Source of the DNA: Saccharolobus solfataricus P2
GTDB lineage: Archaea > Thermoproteota > Thermoprotei_A > Sulfolobales > Sulfolobaceae
Reading direction: 5' to 3' (one strand)
Assembly (NCBI RefSeq): GCF_000007005.1
Contig: NC_002754.1
Length of the DNA stretch: 64,000 bases
Shown here one piece after another: positions 31,941 to 42,909 of the stretch (position 1 is its first letter; every line of letters starts with the position of its first letter). Position numbers and translations under genes: made by a program. A model generated the notes under the pieces. That model did not search any database. It was not told where the DNA came from and saw only the letters and a list, made by a program, of their open reading frames with translations.

Positions 31941-32501
31941 TTAATCTTTAACTATTGTTATTAAGGAATATCCTTTTTTTCTCTTTATGGATTCAATTTT
32001 AAATCTTTTACTGAATATTTTCTCTATATTTTCTTCACCCTTATATGCTATCAACTGTATGAATCCCTTTTCAACTAATCTATCATAGGCTTCGGCTTCA
32101 AGCTTCTTTAGAAAATCTACTCCTTTAGAAAGAGGAGGGTTAGAATAAATTGCGGTAAATTTAACGTCGATAGGAATGTTATCAAAGATATCTGATTTCA
32201 CTATTATTGTCCTATTTTCAACCCCATTAAGTTTTGCATTTTTCTTAGCCAGCTTAATTGCAATGTAGTTGACATCTACCATGTAGACCTTAAGGTTAGG
32301 ATTTTTCAATGCTAGGTAGATTCCTATGGGTCCGTAGCCACAACCAACGTCTGCTACAGTTCCGTTTTCCGCTACTTTTATGTTTTCCAAAAGTATCCTT
32401 GTTCCCAAATCTAGTTCCTTTTTTGAAAATATCCCCGGTGAGGATAGAAGGGTTAGAGGTATACCGTTAATTACTTCAAAAATTATGTACTCATGACTCA
32501 T
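31941..32501 (-). CDS. Class I SAM-dependent methyltransferase (RsmC/MTS-like)
   Basis: PGIFSKKELDLGT, DVGCGYG.IG, SNPP. Confidence 0.88.
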   Translation of the reverse strand: MSHEYIIFEVINGIPLTLLSSPGIFSKKELDLGTRILLENIKVAENGTVADVGCGYGPIGIYLALKNPNLKVYMVDVNYIAIKLAKKNAKLNGVENRTIIVKSDIFDNIPIDVKFTAIYSNPPLSKGVDFLKKLEAEAYDRLVEKGFIQLIAYKGEENIEKIFSKRFKIESIKRKKGYSLITIVKD

Positions 32502-33532
32502 GTTTTTTCCATGCTTTTGGATATATATCTCTCTGCATAAAAACTCTACTTAAGTTGACTACTATTCCCTTTTTTGCGTTTTCCAATTCTTCGCTGTCCA
32601 TTAGTGCGTTGCCTGTCGCTACTAATTCCCCTTTAAGCGTTAATACTGCGACTGTATCGTTCTTTTTAAAGTTCTGATAAGCTACTACTCCAGGTACTGC
32701 TAGTTGCGCACCATAAGCTAATGCGTTTACAGCTGAGTCTTCTATTACAATTTTTGGAATTTCACAAGTTGCGAATTCCATTGGTATAAGTACTCTTCTT
32801 AGTTCTGTTTCGTCTTTGCAGTTCTTGTATAAGTATATTGCTTCAGAAAGTTCGTGTAATTTCACTAGATTTGTGGATTCTGTGAAAATCCCGGATCTAG
32901 TTCTTCTTAGCTCTCTCATATGAGCTCCACAACCGTAAATTATTCCTATATCATGACATAATTTTCTCATGTACGTCCCGGAGTCACAGTTTACTCTAAG
33001 TAATACTAACTTCTTGTCCATGTCTAGAATTTCTATATCATATATTCTTCTAATTCTTAGTCTCCTTTTGACTGATGATCTAACTGGTGGTCGTTGGTAT
33101 ATTTCTCCTTTAAATGAACTTATTATCTTTGCCAATTCCTCTTTATTGTATTCACAGTGAACTTGCATTACACATACGTACTCTTTTCCTCCTTTACTTA
33201 TATAGTTCATTATTTTAGTTGCGTTCTCTATTCCTATTGGTAACACACCGGTAACTTTAGGATTACCCCGCCCAATGAATGGGCTCTAGGGTCCCCCCAT
33301 GTCCTGCTTTGGTAACGTTTAACATCTTTTTAACCCAATACGCTACTTCATGGCTCGTGGGCCCTGGAGGTTTATCAAGGTTTATTATTGAGTTTTTGAT
33401 ATGTATCTCTATTGGTCTTTTTTCTGGATAATATCCGTATTTATCTGATGTTTCACTATCCTTCCTTATCTTCCATTCATTTTTATATCCACAAAAATTA
33501 TCTATTTTGTAAATAAAATCATTTAAAATCAT
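32491..33532 (-). CDS. cbf5: H/ACA pseudouridine synthase Cbf5; two exons (33532-33286 and 33263-32491), 339 aa after splicing
   Basis: The two track ORFs join after removal of a 22-nt intron, restoring GHGGTLDPKVTG. Also LDKPPGPTSHEV, SGTYMRKLCHDIG and a PUA domain. Confidence 0.95.
33264..33285 (-). other. 22-nt bulge-helix-bulge intron in cbf5
   Basis: Minus strand GGGA-CCCU-AG^A-GCCC-AUUCAUU-GGGC-GGGG-UA^A-UCCU: two 3-nt bulges separated by a 4-bp helix. Confidence 0.93.
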
Positions 33533-33537
33533 CTAAA

Positions 33538-33828
33538 TCACAATGTTGGCATCCTAATCTTTATTTTCTCCTTCATGTACTCTGTTAAGTTGGACTCCTC
33601 TAATTTCTTCTTTACTTCCTCATCCGAAGCTCCTTTCTGTATATCAATTTTCTTATCAGTTGGTTCTAAGTGAAGAATGTTAACCCTTCTTCTCTTAACG
33701 CCAGTTATGTCTTTTGGTCCGGTGACTAATACGAAATTGTCATCTATTATGTCTACTATTACGCATTTGCTTCCAGCTTCTCTTCCTTTTACTTTTACAC
33801 AAATTCTTCCAACTTCTATTGCGGGCAT
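33538..33828 (-). CDS. rpl14e: 50S ribosomal protein eL14
   Basis: [34 protein letters not shown]. Confidence 0.96.
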   Translation of the reverse strand: MPAIEVGRICVKVKGREAGSKCVIVDIIDDNFVLVTGPKDITGVKRRRVNILHLEPTDKKIDIQKGASDEEVKKKLEESNLTEYMKEKIKIRMPTL

Positions 33829-33868
33829 TTTAATCTCACAAAAACTTTTAAGAGGCTTAAATTTAAGA

Positions 33869-36610
33869 TTAGTGCCAGTATTTTCTTGTTCTTATAAATC
33901 TTTTCTCTTCATCTATTAAGGCCATGTAAAACTCATTTTCTCCTTCATTTAATTTACTCAATACTTTGCCTAAATTACTTGGTCCAACTCCATTAGTTGC
34001 TAATGCTATTAGGCTGTACTTACCGTAATCTGGGAAGAAGGAGGCAACTCTCTTCAAGTCTTCTAACTGTCTTCTCTCCTTACTTGTTAATTTCTCACCT
34101 TTTATTGCTTTTCTCACTATCTTCACGGAATCGCTATCATCTGGATTAGTTGCAGTTAAGAAAATTGAGGAACATTTGGGGCATTTGCTAGGTGAGTTAA
34201 TTATAGAGTATTTTCCCTCCCACCCACATGAGAGACAGATTAATTTCAGCTCCTTGTTTTCTAATCTCTTTTTGAAAATTTCAATCATTAATGGTTTTTC
34301 TTCTTTATCGAACGAGGTGTAGTTAAGGATTTTATCTAGAAATTGTTTAGCTAAGGGGGACGCTTCGTAAACCTCTACTATTTTCCAGTTGTAATTCTTG
34401 AGTTCCTTTATTATTTCTACATCATAATTTTTGACTAATAATTCCTTAACTGCTTCTTCTCCAATTATTGTATCTCCATAAGCCTTTATAATGGATGAGG
34501 TAAGCGTTATTTCCTTTTCTGGGTCTATCATCCCAAACCTCTTTATCTCAACCAATAATTTCCACTTGAATTGCGGACTTTCTTTAATTCCCTTCTTTAA
34601 TATTTCAATTATTCTGTCTATAGGAGTAGAATTTAGCGTAGAGACAATTTTTTCCATATCATTTTTAGTTATTGGCAGTACAGAAGATATTGCGATGTGA
34701 TATGGATCAGCCCTATAAGTCGTTTTGGTCTGTTTTTCTACGTCTAACATAACTGAAATTATGGCACCAAGCGTGTTGTTTCCTCTTGAGCCGAATGGTG
34801 AATGCACTATTATTAAATTATTCTTTACTATTTCAACAAGGATTAGATCTGGTCTTAGTTCTGGATATCCTCTTTTCATGTATTCTCTAACTACTTCAGC
34901 TAAGCTATTATCTTCAGTTTCCCTTTTTTCCTTCTCCACTGCGTAAATATACTCGTAGACTTTCCTAGCTATCTCTTTCTCAACTGGAATTGATTCTCCG
35001 AACCAACTAGGCAATATTCCGTTTTTTAGCTCAGCCCTTTCCACAAATATTCTGTCGTTCTCTATGGATACGACTTTCCATAGTCTACTTCCTAAAATGA
35101 ATACACTATCTTCATCTAGTGTGACTACGAAATCTTCGTCTAAGGTACCTATTTTCATGTTGGTAGCATGGTCAATTACTATATAACTTCTAATGGAATC
35201 TGGTATCATATTAGTAGTGTAATAATATTTCCAAATTCTTCTACTTGGAAATAAGCTTCCGTCTTCTCTTCTTTTAACTATTTTTGCGCTCTCTAATAAT
35301 TCTATAACGTTTTCGAACATCTCATCGGTGAAGTTCTCGAAATAAAATGAATTGCGAAGAATCTCCATCATTTCTTTAGGGTTTTTATAACCTTCTAAAA
35401 CCATTCCCGCTATTTCATGTGCTGCAACGTCAAGTGGGTTTTCTTCAAACAGGGGTTTTTCCAAATAACCAGAATATAATGCTTCAATTATTGCTCTGCA
35501 CTCTAAAATATCGAAAAGGTCCTCTGAGGGTATAACGTAACCTATAGACGTTCTACCTATTTTATGTCCACTTCTTCCGACTCTTTGAATTAACCTAATT
35601 ACTTGTCTCGGTGACATGTATTGGACAACTAGATTAATTCTACCGATATCAATACCCAATTCTAAGCTCGAGGTTGCGACTATAGCGTCTATATTACCGT
35701 TTTTGAAGTCGTTTTCAGTTTTTATTCTAATTTCTCTTGATAATGAGCCGTGATGAGAAGCTATTTTTAAGGAATAGTTACTCATGAGTTGGTTTGCTAT
35801 GAATTCGCTAGTTTCCCTAGTATTTGTAAATATTATAATAGGTTTGTTGTTTTTTATAATTTCGTTAAGTTTCTCAAGTCTCGCAATTGTATCTGGTCTT
35901 AATCCCAACTTTACTGCTAAATCCGCATCTTTCTTTTCAACCTTAGGGAGTATTAAATCCACTTTTATATCCTTTATTGCGTTGATATTCGCTATTTCGA
36001 CCTCTCCCTCTCTATCTAAGTACCTTTTTGCTATTTCAACATCACCAATAGTAGCTGAAATTCCTATTAATTGAATTTTATTTCTTGTTGCTATTTTTTT
36101 GATCCTTTGGATTAGTACAGAGAGTTCTATTCCTCTTTTCTCATCTAACATTTCTTGTAATTCATCTATTATTATCCATTTCAGATTGGTAAAGTACTTC
36201 CTAAAAGTATCGTTTAGCACTAAGTAAAGTAACGTTTCTGGCGTTACTAATAATACGTCAGGAGGGTTATCCAAAATTTCCTTCCTTTCTTTCTGAGAGG
36301 AATCTCCGTGTCTTACGTTAACACTAATATTAAAGGCTTCACCTAGCCTTCTTAACCTTAACTCAAGGTCTCTATTTAGCGCTCTTAAGGGAGTTATATA
36401 GAGTGTTGAGATTTTTTCAGGTTTATCTTTAAAGATAGTATAAAAAATTGGTAATATCGCTGCCTCAGTTTTGCCATACCCCGTTGGTGCTATGATTAAA
36501 ACATTCTTTCCAGATAGTACTTTTGGTATTGCTATTTTTTGGATTGGCGTTAAATCTTCATAGCCAAGTTTCTTCAGTCTTACCAAGAATTCATTGGTTA
36601 CATTTATCAT
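33869..36610 (-). CDS. lhr: Lhr-family ATP-dependent SF2 helicase
   Basis: [51 protein letters not shown]; C-terminal Zn finger CxxC...CxxC. Confidence 0.93.
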   Translation of the reverse strand: MINVTNEFLVRLKKLGYEDLTPIQKIAIPKVLSGKNVLIIAPTGYGKTEAAILPIFYTIFKDKPEKISTLYITPLRALNRDLELRLRRLGEAFNISVNVRHGDSSQKERKEILDNPPDVLLVTPETLLYLVLNDTFRKYFTNLKWIIIDELQEMLDEKRGIELSVLIQRIKKIATRNKIQLIGISATIGDVEIAKRYLDREGEVEIANINAIKDIKVDLILPKVEKKDADLAVKLGLRPDTIARLEKLNEIIKNNKPIIIFTNTRETSEFIANQLMSNYSLKIASHHGSLSREIRIKTENDFKNGNIDAIVATSSLELGIDIGRINLVVQYMSPRQVIRLIQRVGRSGHKIGRTSIGYVIPSEDLFDILECRAIIEALYSGYLEKPLFEENPLDVAAHEIAGMVLEGYKNPKEMMEILRNSFYFENFTDEMFENVIELLESAKIVKRREDGSLFPSRRIWKYYYTTNMIPDSIRSYIVIDHATNMKIGTLDEDFVVTLDEDSVFILGSRLWKVVSIENDRIFVERAELKNGILPSWFGESIPVEKEIARKVYEYIYAVEKEKRETEDNSLAEVVREYMKRGYPELRPDLILVEIVKNNLIIVHSPFGSRGNNTLGAIISVMLDVEKQTKTTYRADPYHIAISSVLPITKNDMEKIVSTLNSTPIDRIIEILKKGIKESPQFKWKLLVEIKRFGMIDPEKEITLTSSIIKAYGDTIIGEEAVKELLVKNYDVEIIKELKNYNWKIVEVYEASPLAKQFLDKILNYTSFDKEEKPLMIEIFKKRLENKELKLICLSCGWEGKYSIINSPSKCPKCSSIFLTATNPDDSDSVKIVRKAIKGEKLTSKERRQLEDLKRVASFFPDYGKYSLIALATNGVGPSNLGKVLSKLNEGENEFYMALIDEEKRFIRTRKYWH

Positions 36611-36649
36611 TACTTTGGCAATAATGTAATACTAAAGAGGAGTATATAA

Positions 36650-38368
36650 ATGTATGAGAAGAGACACATTGTTGCTAATATATTAATGCTTATTGTAGCT
36701 TATCTAGTTGATAATTTAATGTATTATTTGACATCAGCAGGTAATTTAAGCCAGTTAGTAAATAATCTGTCTACATTACTATTAATTATTCCTATATTAG
36801 TAGTGATATTTTCAGTATTCATAACTTTAATGTTTTCATCCATAATAGTCTCATTCCTTTATTACGTAACAGCCATAGCTTACGCGTTAGTAATTTCTAA
36901 TAACGTGGGCTCTACCCTTATTTTATCTACGTTCTTAAATTTGTTAGGATATTATGCTCTTGCTACTATTATTATCGGAGTTATATTGGGAATTTCTAGA
37001 AGAAGTTTTCCAGATGAGATTTTGTTAAATGTTTCACGGCTTAATGTGAGTGTTAATAAGAAGAATGCTATCTATGGGGGATTGATTGTTTTAATTTCTT
37101 TCCTGATTTTCTATGAGGTTTTATCCAGTCCATTCTTGTTTGTAGGTAGCATAGCATCATTCACCTTACTATTCTTTATTTCAAATGACTCTATTTTTCC
37201 GTTAATTATCTTGTCGTGGTTCTCATTTCCATTCCTATTTACGCAATTATCTGCGTATTCTGTTAACGAGAAGGGGATAGAGCTCGGTTCTATTGAGGGA
37301 GTGTTGGCTCCTTCATTAGTTAATAGGATATCTAATACTAAGTATGGTTGGAAGAAATTTTCTAACTTGAAGTTTGTTCTAAACTTTGATGGAGCAAAGA
37401 ACTATAACATAGTGATACTAGGTACAAGTGGATCTGGAAAGTCTAGTTTAGCTAAGAGTATTATTGGGAAATTTACAGATGCTAGTTTCTTGGTTTTTGA
37501 TCTACATGGAGAGTATGAGATTGAAAAAGCAGAAAGAATTGACATCTCTAAGAATTCATTAAATCCTCTTTCGTTAAATGGCGCATCTCCTAGGCAAAGG
37601 GCATTGGAAGTGGCTTATATGCTAAGGTCCATTTTTAAACTTGGTAATTTACAAACTATAGATATTTTTAATATTATAATGGATACCTATGCCGAAAAGG
37701 GAATTGATGAAAACGATGAGAGCAGTTGGAATTTAACACCACCTACTTTTAGGGATGTATTATTAATGATAGAGAGAAGGAAGAAATTAGTTGATAATTC
37801 ACAAGACCTTTCTAGGCTATCTTCAATTGAACCGTATATACAATTTTTGGCTAATCAAATTTTAAGTGGTAATAGCTTAAATATGAAAAAAATTTTCGAG
37901 AGTAATATAATTCTGGATTTTTCTAAAGTTACTACAGACGAGCTAAAATATGTTTTAATTGAAACGATACTTAGAGATTTTAGAAATTACATATATAGGC
38001 GTGGGATATCTGGTTTGTGGAAATTTTTGGTTATAGACGAGGCTCCTTTTATACTCAGTAAAGAGACTGGATTAGAGATAGTTGAGAGATTATTCGCAGA
38101 GGTTAGGAAGTTCGGAGTCGGAATGATTCTTATATCTCAATTAACTGAGAATATAGAAAATATTGTCCAAAATTCGAGTTATATCTTTATATTTAATGTT
38201 GTTGAGCCAAAAGAGTTAGATTACTTAAGTAGGGTGTTAAGTGGAAGCGACAGAGATAAATACGAGGCTATTTATCAAGCTATTCGATCTTTAGAAAGGG
38301 GTTACGTGGTTACTGTAAGCGGGGATAACAGAGCTATACTTTTAGTAAAGCTTAATTCTTTAAAATAA
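36650..38368 (+). CDS. Multi-pass membrane protein fused to a HerA/FtsK/VirB4-like P-loop ATPase
   Basis: About 6-7 hydrophobic helices in the first 200 aa; GTSGSGKS; FDLHGEY; LNPL; LVIDEA; EVRKFGVGMILISQ. Confidence 0.85.
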   Translation: MYEKRHIVANILMLIVAYLVDNLMYYLTSAGNLSQLVNNLSTLLLIIPILVVIFSVFITLMFSSIIVSFLYYVTAIAYALVISNNVGSTLILSTFLNLLGYYALATIIIGVILGISRRSFPDEILLNVSRLNVSVNKKNAIYGGLIVLISFLIFYEVLSSPFLFVGSIASFTLLFFISNDSIFPLIILSWFSFPFLFTQLSAYSVNEKGIELGSIEGVLAPSLVNRISNTKYGWKKFSNLKFVLNFDGAKNYNIVILGTSGSGKSSLAKSIIGKFTDASFLVFDLHGEYEIEKAERIDISKNSLNPLSLNGASPRQRALEVAYMLRSIFKLGNLQTIDIFNIIMDTYAEKGIDENDESSWNLTPPTFRDVLLMIERRKKLVDNSQDLSRLSSIEPYIQFLANQILSGNSLNMKKIFESNIILDFSKVTTDELKYVLIETILRDFRNYIYRRGISGLWKFLVIDEAPFILSKETGLEIVERLFAEVRKFGVGMILISQLTENIENIVQNSSYIFIFNVVEPKELDYLSRVLSGSDRDKYEAIYQAIRSLERGYVVTVSGDNRAILLVKLNSLK

Positions 38369-38683
38369 ATGGTATCTGGTATGTCAACAGATGAGGAAAA
38401 GGAAGGGACTAGTGACGAGGAGGTTAATGAGGAAAAGGAAGTTGAGGAGACATCGGAAGACGAGTTTCCAAAACTTTCAATACAAGATATAGAGCTACTA
38501 ATGAGAAATACTGAAATTTGGGATAACTTGTTGAACGGTAAGATTACTTTGGAGGAAGCTAAGAAGTTGTTTGAGGATAATTACAAGGAATATGAAAAGA
38601 GGGATTCTAGGAGGAAAGCTAAAAAGGCTGTTAGTAAAAAAGTTAAAAAGACAAAGAAAAAAGAGAAGAGCGTAGAGGGTTAA
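38369..38683 (+). CDS. rpo13: RNA polymerase subunit Rpo13
   Basis: Acidic N-terminus, core FPKLSIQDIELLMRNTEIWDNLLNGKI, basic C-terminus. Confidence 0.92.
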   Translation: MVSGMSTDEEKEGTSDEEVNEEKEVEETSEDEFPKLSIQDIELLMRNTEIWDNLLNGKITLEEAKKLFEDNYKEYEKRDSRRKAKKAVSKKVKKTKKKEKSVEG

Positions 38684-38687
38684 AATT

Positions 38688-39437
38688 ATGTTTAAGATTG
38701 TTTACCCTAATGCAAAAGACTTTTTCTCTTTTATAAATTCCATTACGAACGTTACTGATTCCATTATTCTAAATTTCACTGAAGATGGAATATTTTCGAG
38801 ACATTTGACTGAAGATAAAGTGCTAATGGCGATTATGAGAATACCTAAAGATGTTTTAAGCGAATATAGTATTGATAGCCCTACTTCAGTTAAATTGGAT
38901 GTCTCTTCAGTAAAGAAGATTCTTTCAAAAGCCAGCTCAAAGAAAGCTACGATCGAGTTGACAGAGACTGATAGTGGATTAAAGATTATAATAAGAGATG
39001 AGAAGAGTGGGGCGAAAAGTACAATTTATATTAAAGCAGAGAAAGGTCAAGTTGAACAACTAACTGAACCGAAAGTTAATTTGGCCGTGAATTTCACTAC
39101 AGATGAAAGTGTACTTAATGTAATAGCAGCTGACGTAACTTTGGTTGGAGAAGAGATGAGGATTTCAACAGAGGAGGATAAGATAAAGATAGAGGCTGGT
39201 GAGGAGGGGAAAAGATATGTCGCATTTCTTATGAAGGATAAACCCCTAAAGGAACTTTCTATAGATACATCGGCATCATCTTCTTATAGCGCGGAAATGT
39301 TTAAGGATGCTGTAAAAGGTCTAAGAGGTTTTTCGGCCCCAACAATGGTAAGCTTTGGAGAAAATCTCCCTATGAAAATTGACGTAGAAGCAGTAAGTGG
39401 GGGTCATATGATCTTTTGGATAGCGCCAAGGTTATAA
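38688..39437 (+). CDS. pcn1: DNA sliding clamp PCNA1
   Basis: PCNA fold; recognised as the S. solfataricus-type PCNA1 sequence; ends FWIAPRL. Confidence 0.93.
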   Translation: MFKIVYPNAKDFFSFINSITNVTDSIILNFTEDGIFSRHLTEDKVLMAIMRIPKDVLSEYSIDSPTSVKLDVSSVKKILSKASSKKATIELTETDSGLKIIIRDEKSGAKSTIYIKAEKGQVEQLTEPKVNLAVNFTTDESVLNVIAADVTLVGEEMRISTEEDKIKIEAGEEGKRYVAFLMKDKPLKELSIDTSASSSYSAEMFKDAVKGLRGFSAPTMVSFGENLPMKIDVEAVSGGHMIFWIAPRL

Positions 39438-40543
39438 ATTATTTTATTACCTCTTTTTATAATTCCAATATATTTATTATTTGAGTTTAATATGCCCGTG
39501 CTATCTCCCTCAAGGACTAGTAACCCAGCTTCAATAGGGTTCCCCTCTTCTATCCATCCTCTAATTCCTAAAAACTTATAAGCGTTAATAGTACTTGCCT
39601 TCAATATTTGTAGTGAGTGGTCAGAAAGTGGATCTTGAACCCTTGAAATTAGAAGCAAAGTCTCCATTTCTTTCCACATGTCTGGATCTAATACTCCCCC
39701 ATTATCAGTTCCAATCAATAGATTAACCCCACTCTTTAACCCATTTATTACCTTTGGTATCCCTACAGAGAACCACAGATTACTCCTTGGACAATAAACT
39801 ATGGATGCTTTCCTATATCTCATAATATCAATTTCCTCTTCACTTAAATAAGTACCATGTATTATTAGGTTTGGTTCATATCTTTTCATAACGTACTCTA
39901 AGTCATCTCTTAACCAATGTTTTATGGTCTCGGATACGTGAACAGACCTAATTTTATTGTTAAATACGTGTTTTATTAACTCTATTTCAGATGTGCTAAA
40001 AGCACTAGATAACCCATAACCGTCAGCTATTTTATATAAACTATTTAAATTACGGATATCCTTGAACTCATCTTCTTCAAGTCTTCCTAGAAAGTAATAC
40101 TTCACCCCGTTCGTAGCCATTTTCTTCTTAATTGTACTTGAAATTAAGCTTCCCTCTAATCCTTGCTCTCTAAAGTCTATCATTACATTTGAACCTAGTT
40201 CTCTCGCTCTTAAGACAAATCTCTCTATGGAGTTCATGATGGATTCTTTTGTGTTTTTTGCAAAACATTCGTATTTAACGCTATGCGGATCTCCAACGAC
40301 TTTACTTATTGGCATATTGTATCCCATTTCTTGGCATATGAAGTCGGCAGAATGCACATGAGCGTTAACTATCCCAGGGATTAAGATTCCGTTTTTAAAC
40401 GTTATGCCTTCAGATGAGAAACCATTTCCTATATGAGTTATTATACCTTCTTCTATTTCTATATTAACGTTCTCTCTTATTTCTAGCTCTTCTCCTACGA
40501 GAGCTATTCTTACATTTAGTGTTATTCTTCCTCCATATGCCAA
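39404..40543 (-). CDS. Amidohydrolase/deaminase superfamily protein, last gene of the riboflavin operon
   Basis: PGIVNAHVH, HVSE, HG, SIVYCPRSN, IGTD metal-site motifs. Confidence 0.88.
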   Translation of the reverse strand: MAYGGRITLNVRIALVGEELEIRENVNIEIEEGIITHIGNGFSSEGITFKNGILIPGIVNAHVHSADFICQEMGYNMPISKVVGDPHSVKYECFAKNTKESIMNSIERFVLRARELGSNVMIDFREQGLEGSLISSTIKKKMATNGVKYYFLGRLEEDEFKDIRNLNSLYKIADGYGLSSAFSTSEIELIKHVFNNKIRSVHVSETIKHWLRDDLEYVMKRYEPNLIIHGTYLSEEEIDIMRYRKASIVYCPRSNLWFSVGIPKVINGLKSGVNLLIGTDNGGVLDPDMWKEMETLLLISRVQDPLSDHSLQILKASTINAYKFLGIRGWIEEGNPIEAGLLVLEGDSTGILNSNNKYIGIIKRGNKIIYNLGAIQKII

Positions 40544-41217
40544 GTTTTTTCCCTATTATTTCTTATTTTTTCTAAAGAAGTAGTAGCCAATCTTATTGCA
40601 GTTCTCGCATTTTTCCCTATTCCTATTCCTACCTTTATCTTGTTATCATCACTAAATTCTTCGATTACTTTATTGACGCTCTCAGTCGATATAAAGCCTA
40701 AATAATTATCCCCGCCTAGATATTGCAGTATCCCGCCTATCTTGTATAAAAATCTTGATAAGTTTACATATATATTGGTTATCTCTATAAATGAGTCGTA
40801 TACAGATGTGTATTTTAACGTTTCCGTATTAAAATTTATATCGAAATGCAAAGCGGCTATTTTTTCGTCTGTATATTCCTTAATTTCATTATCGTCTTGA
40901 TTATTTAGACAAATTGACGCGTTCCATTGCGCCTCTAGTGGAGTTTTTCCATAACCTAGGCAAGACTTTATCCTTACTGGAAGGTTCTCTTGCATATCAT
41001 TTATCATGTATGCTAGTTGAGTGGTAGTTATCCCATCAGCTATCATTAGGAAATTGTCAAATCTGAGTTGAAGGGGAAATGTGTTATATTGGGAGGCTAT
41101 TTCATGAATTTTCATCATAAATTTATTTTGAATTTTTTGGATTAACCACTCTCTATCATACCCTAACCTTTCAGTCCACTCTCTATAATCTAAAAGCTTT
41201 ATCGCTAATATCTTCAC
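40522..41217 (-). CDS. gch3: GTP cyclohydrolase III
   Basis: YREWTE.LG.DREW.IQ, RFDN, YLGGDN, KVGIG.G..AR.A; rib operon context. Confidence 0.92.
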   Translation of the reverse strand: MKILAIKLLDYREWTERLGYDREWLIQKIQNKFMMKIHEIASQYNTFPLQLRFDNFLMIADGITTTQLAYMINDMQENLPVRIKSCLGYGKTPLEAQWNASICLNNQDDNEIKEYTDEKIAALHFDINFNTETLKYTSVYDSFIEITNIYVNLSRFLYKIGGILQYLGGDNYLGFISTESVNKVIEEFSDDNKIKVGIGIGKNARTAIRLATTSLEKIRNNREKTWHMEEE

Positions 41218-41678
41218 TCTATGATCACCGTTTCCTTGATTTCTTTTAATTCATCTAATTTCCTAGTTCTCTGAACTAATTTTATTGCAGCCTCTACTGC
41301 TCTGGTAGCGTATTCTTCAATTCTTTCAACAGCTTGTTCGTGGGTTGCTCCATGCCCAATTATCCCTAACGTCACTGGTTTGTTGAATTCCGTAGAGAGA
41401 TCGACTATTTTCCTAGCAGTCTGGCTTGCAACTAGCTCATCGTGCTTAGTTTCTCCCTTTATTACTGCTCCTAAAGTCACCACAGCATCTATGAAGTCTT
41501 TCTCAAGAAGTTTTTTAATTGCAAGAGGCATATCGAAGGTGCCTGGTACTTTTATTACCACTTTTACTTCCACATTCAAGAATCTAGCATGTGATAATGC
41601 TTTTTGTAACATCAACTGCGTAATATCATAGTTGAATTCAGCTACTACTATACCTAGTCTAATCGATTTCTCCTGCAT
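41214..41678 (-). CDS. ribH: 6,7-dimethyl-8-ribityllumazine synthase
   Basis: [35 protein letters not shown]. Confidence 0.96.
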   Translation of the reverse strand: MQEKSIRLGIVVAEFNYDITQLMLQKALSHARFLNVEVKVVIKVPGTFDMPLAIKKLLEKDFIDAVVTLGAVIKGETKHDELVASQTARKIVDLSTEFNKPVTLGIIGHGATHEQAVERIEEYATRAVEAAIKLVQRTRKLDELKEIKETVIIE

Positions 41679-42126
41679 TGCTATACCCCTGTCTCAACCC
41701 TTTCCCCGCGTATTTAGTTAGCGCATTTTTGCCCTCCTTTACTAGCTTAACTAAGTTTTTAGCGTGTTTAGTGGCTCTATCAATTGCTATTTCCTTTAGT
41801 TTCTCCTCATCATCTGCTTCATCCTCATGTACTGTTACGTCAATCACGTGTTTAGAAGTTAGAATTTGAACCATTATTAAGCCTATGCTCGTAGCTAAGT
41901 AGCTGTACTTATCTAACATCGTTTTGCCTACCCATCCCAAGGTTATTACACCATCACATCCTTCATCTATTAATCTTTTCGCAGCTACTGGTAGGTCTTT
42001 AATACCTGGTACAGTATACCTAACGATATCCGCTTCACTGTCTTCGCTTCTTATTACCTTGTATACTAGACTTCCCATATCTACTCTTGAAAATGTAGTA
42101 TCCGCTATTCCATATTTTCTCGTCAT
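41659..42126 (-). CDS. ribC: Archaeal riboflavin synthase
   Basis: [34 protein letters not shown]. Confidence 0.95.
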   Translation of the reverse strand: MTRKYGIADTTFSRVDMGSLVYKVIRSEDSEADIVRYTVPGIKDLPVAAKRLIDEGCDGVITLGWVGKTMLDKYSYLATSIGLIMVQILTSKHVIDVTVHEDEADDEEKLKEIAIDRATKHAKNLVKLVKEGKNALTKYAGKGLRQGYSNAGEID

Positions 42127-42782
42127 ATGATCACCTCTTTAAAGATGTCTTTTCCCTCTATAAAGTGAAGCCCGAAGTTCTTTGCAATCATTTTTGCCTT
42201 ATCTTTATTCATGCTGGACTTCTCGTCTAGTATCTCTGCTATTACCGCACTTCTTTCTAATCCTAGTTTTTGTAACAATGTTATTGATAATTCAGTATGG
42301 CCCCTTCTCTCTCTTATATCCCTTGCAATGAGTATAGGTACATGACCTGGTGTCATGAAGTTCTCATAAAATTCCCTTCTTGCCTCTTCTGGATTTGTTT
42401 TAGTTTTGAGTATTATTTTATGTAATTCGCTTATAGTAATATATCTATCATAGTCAGAGATTCCAGTTTTTGTATTAACATGATTAACCCACACGGAAAA
42501 TGCTGGGTAATCTCCATAAGAAGGCTTCTTTACTAGTTTACTGTATGTTTCGTGTTGTTTTAACTCTTCTGCTATAAAATTCAGACCTAATGTTTTAGCT
42601 TCGTTAATTGCTGTTGCGTAGCATATTAATCCCCCTGCTTCTTTCCTTAGAGTATATATGCTTTTCCAGCTTATTGCTCCCGCGTAAAATACCATGTCAG
42701 TTTCTTCTTCCCTTCCATCAAAATCATATATTAATATCGGTATTCCAGATTCTAGATCTTTACGTAAACTGAGAAAATCCAT
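42123..42782 (-). CDS. ribB: 3,4-dihydroxy-2-butanone 4-phosphate synthase
   Basis: YDFDGREEETD, FS.WVNH....TGISD.DR, PGHVP, RRGHTEL. Confidence 0.95.
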   Translation of the reverse strand: MDFLSLRKDLESGIPILIYDFDGREEETDMVFYAGAISWKSIYTLRKEAGGLICYATAINEAKTLGLNFIAEELKQHETYSKLVKKPSYGDYPAFSVWVNHVNTKTGISDYDRYITISELHKIILKTKTNPEEARREFYENFMTPGHVPILIARDIRERRGHTELSITLLQKLGLERSAVIAEILDEKSSMNKDKAKMIAKNFGLHFIEGKDIFKEVII

Positions 42783-42821
42783 ACCAAGAATATCAGAACT
42801 GCAATAGTATAAAAAAGTATT

Positions 42822-42837
42822 TACTCATATCTAAGTA
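42822..42837. promoter_or_regulatory. Imperfect palindrome next to the ribB promoter (candidate operator)
   Basis: TACTCATA-TCTAAGTA (6/8 symmetric) directly upstream of a minus-strand TTTTTTATA box at 42808-42816. Confidence 0.45.
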
Positions 42838-42909
42838 CAATATTTATTTAAACGGGTAAATTATTGATCCAACAGAAATATAAGCTTAAGTTATAAAGTT
42901 ATAGTAGCA

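Noticed and set aside
32491-33532. cbf5 as a frameshifted pseudogene or two-subunit protein
   Set aside because: A precise 22-nt BHB intron restores frame and catalytic motif.
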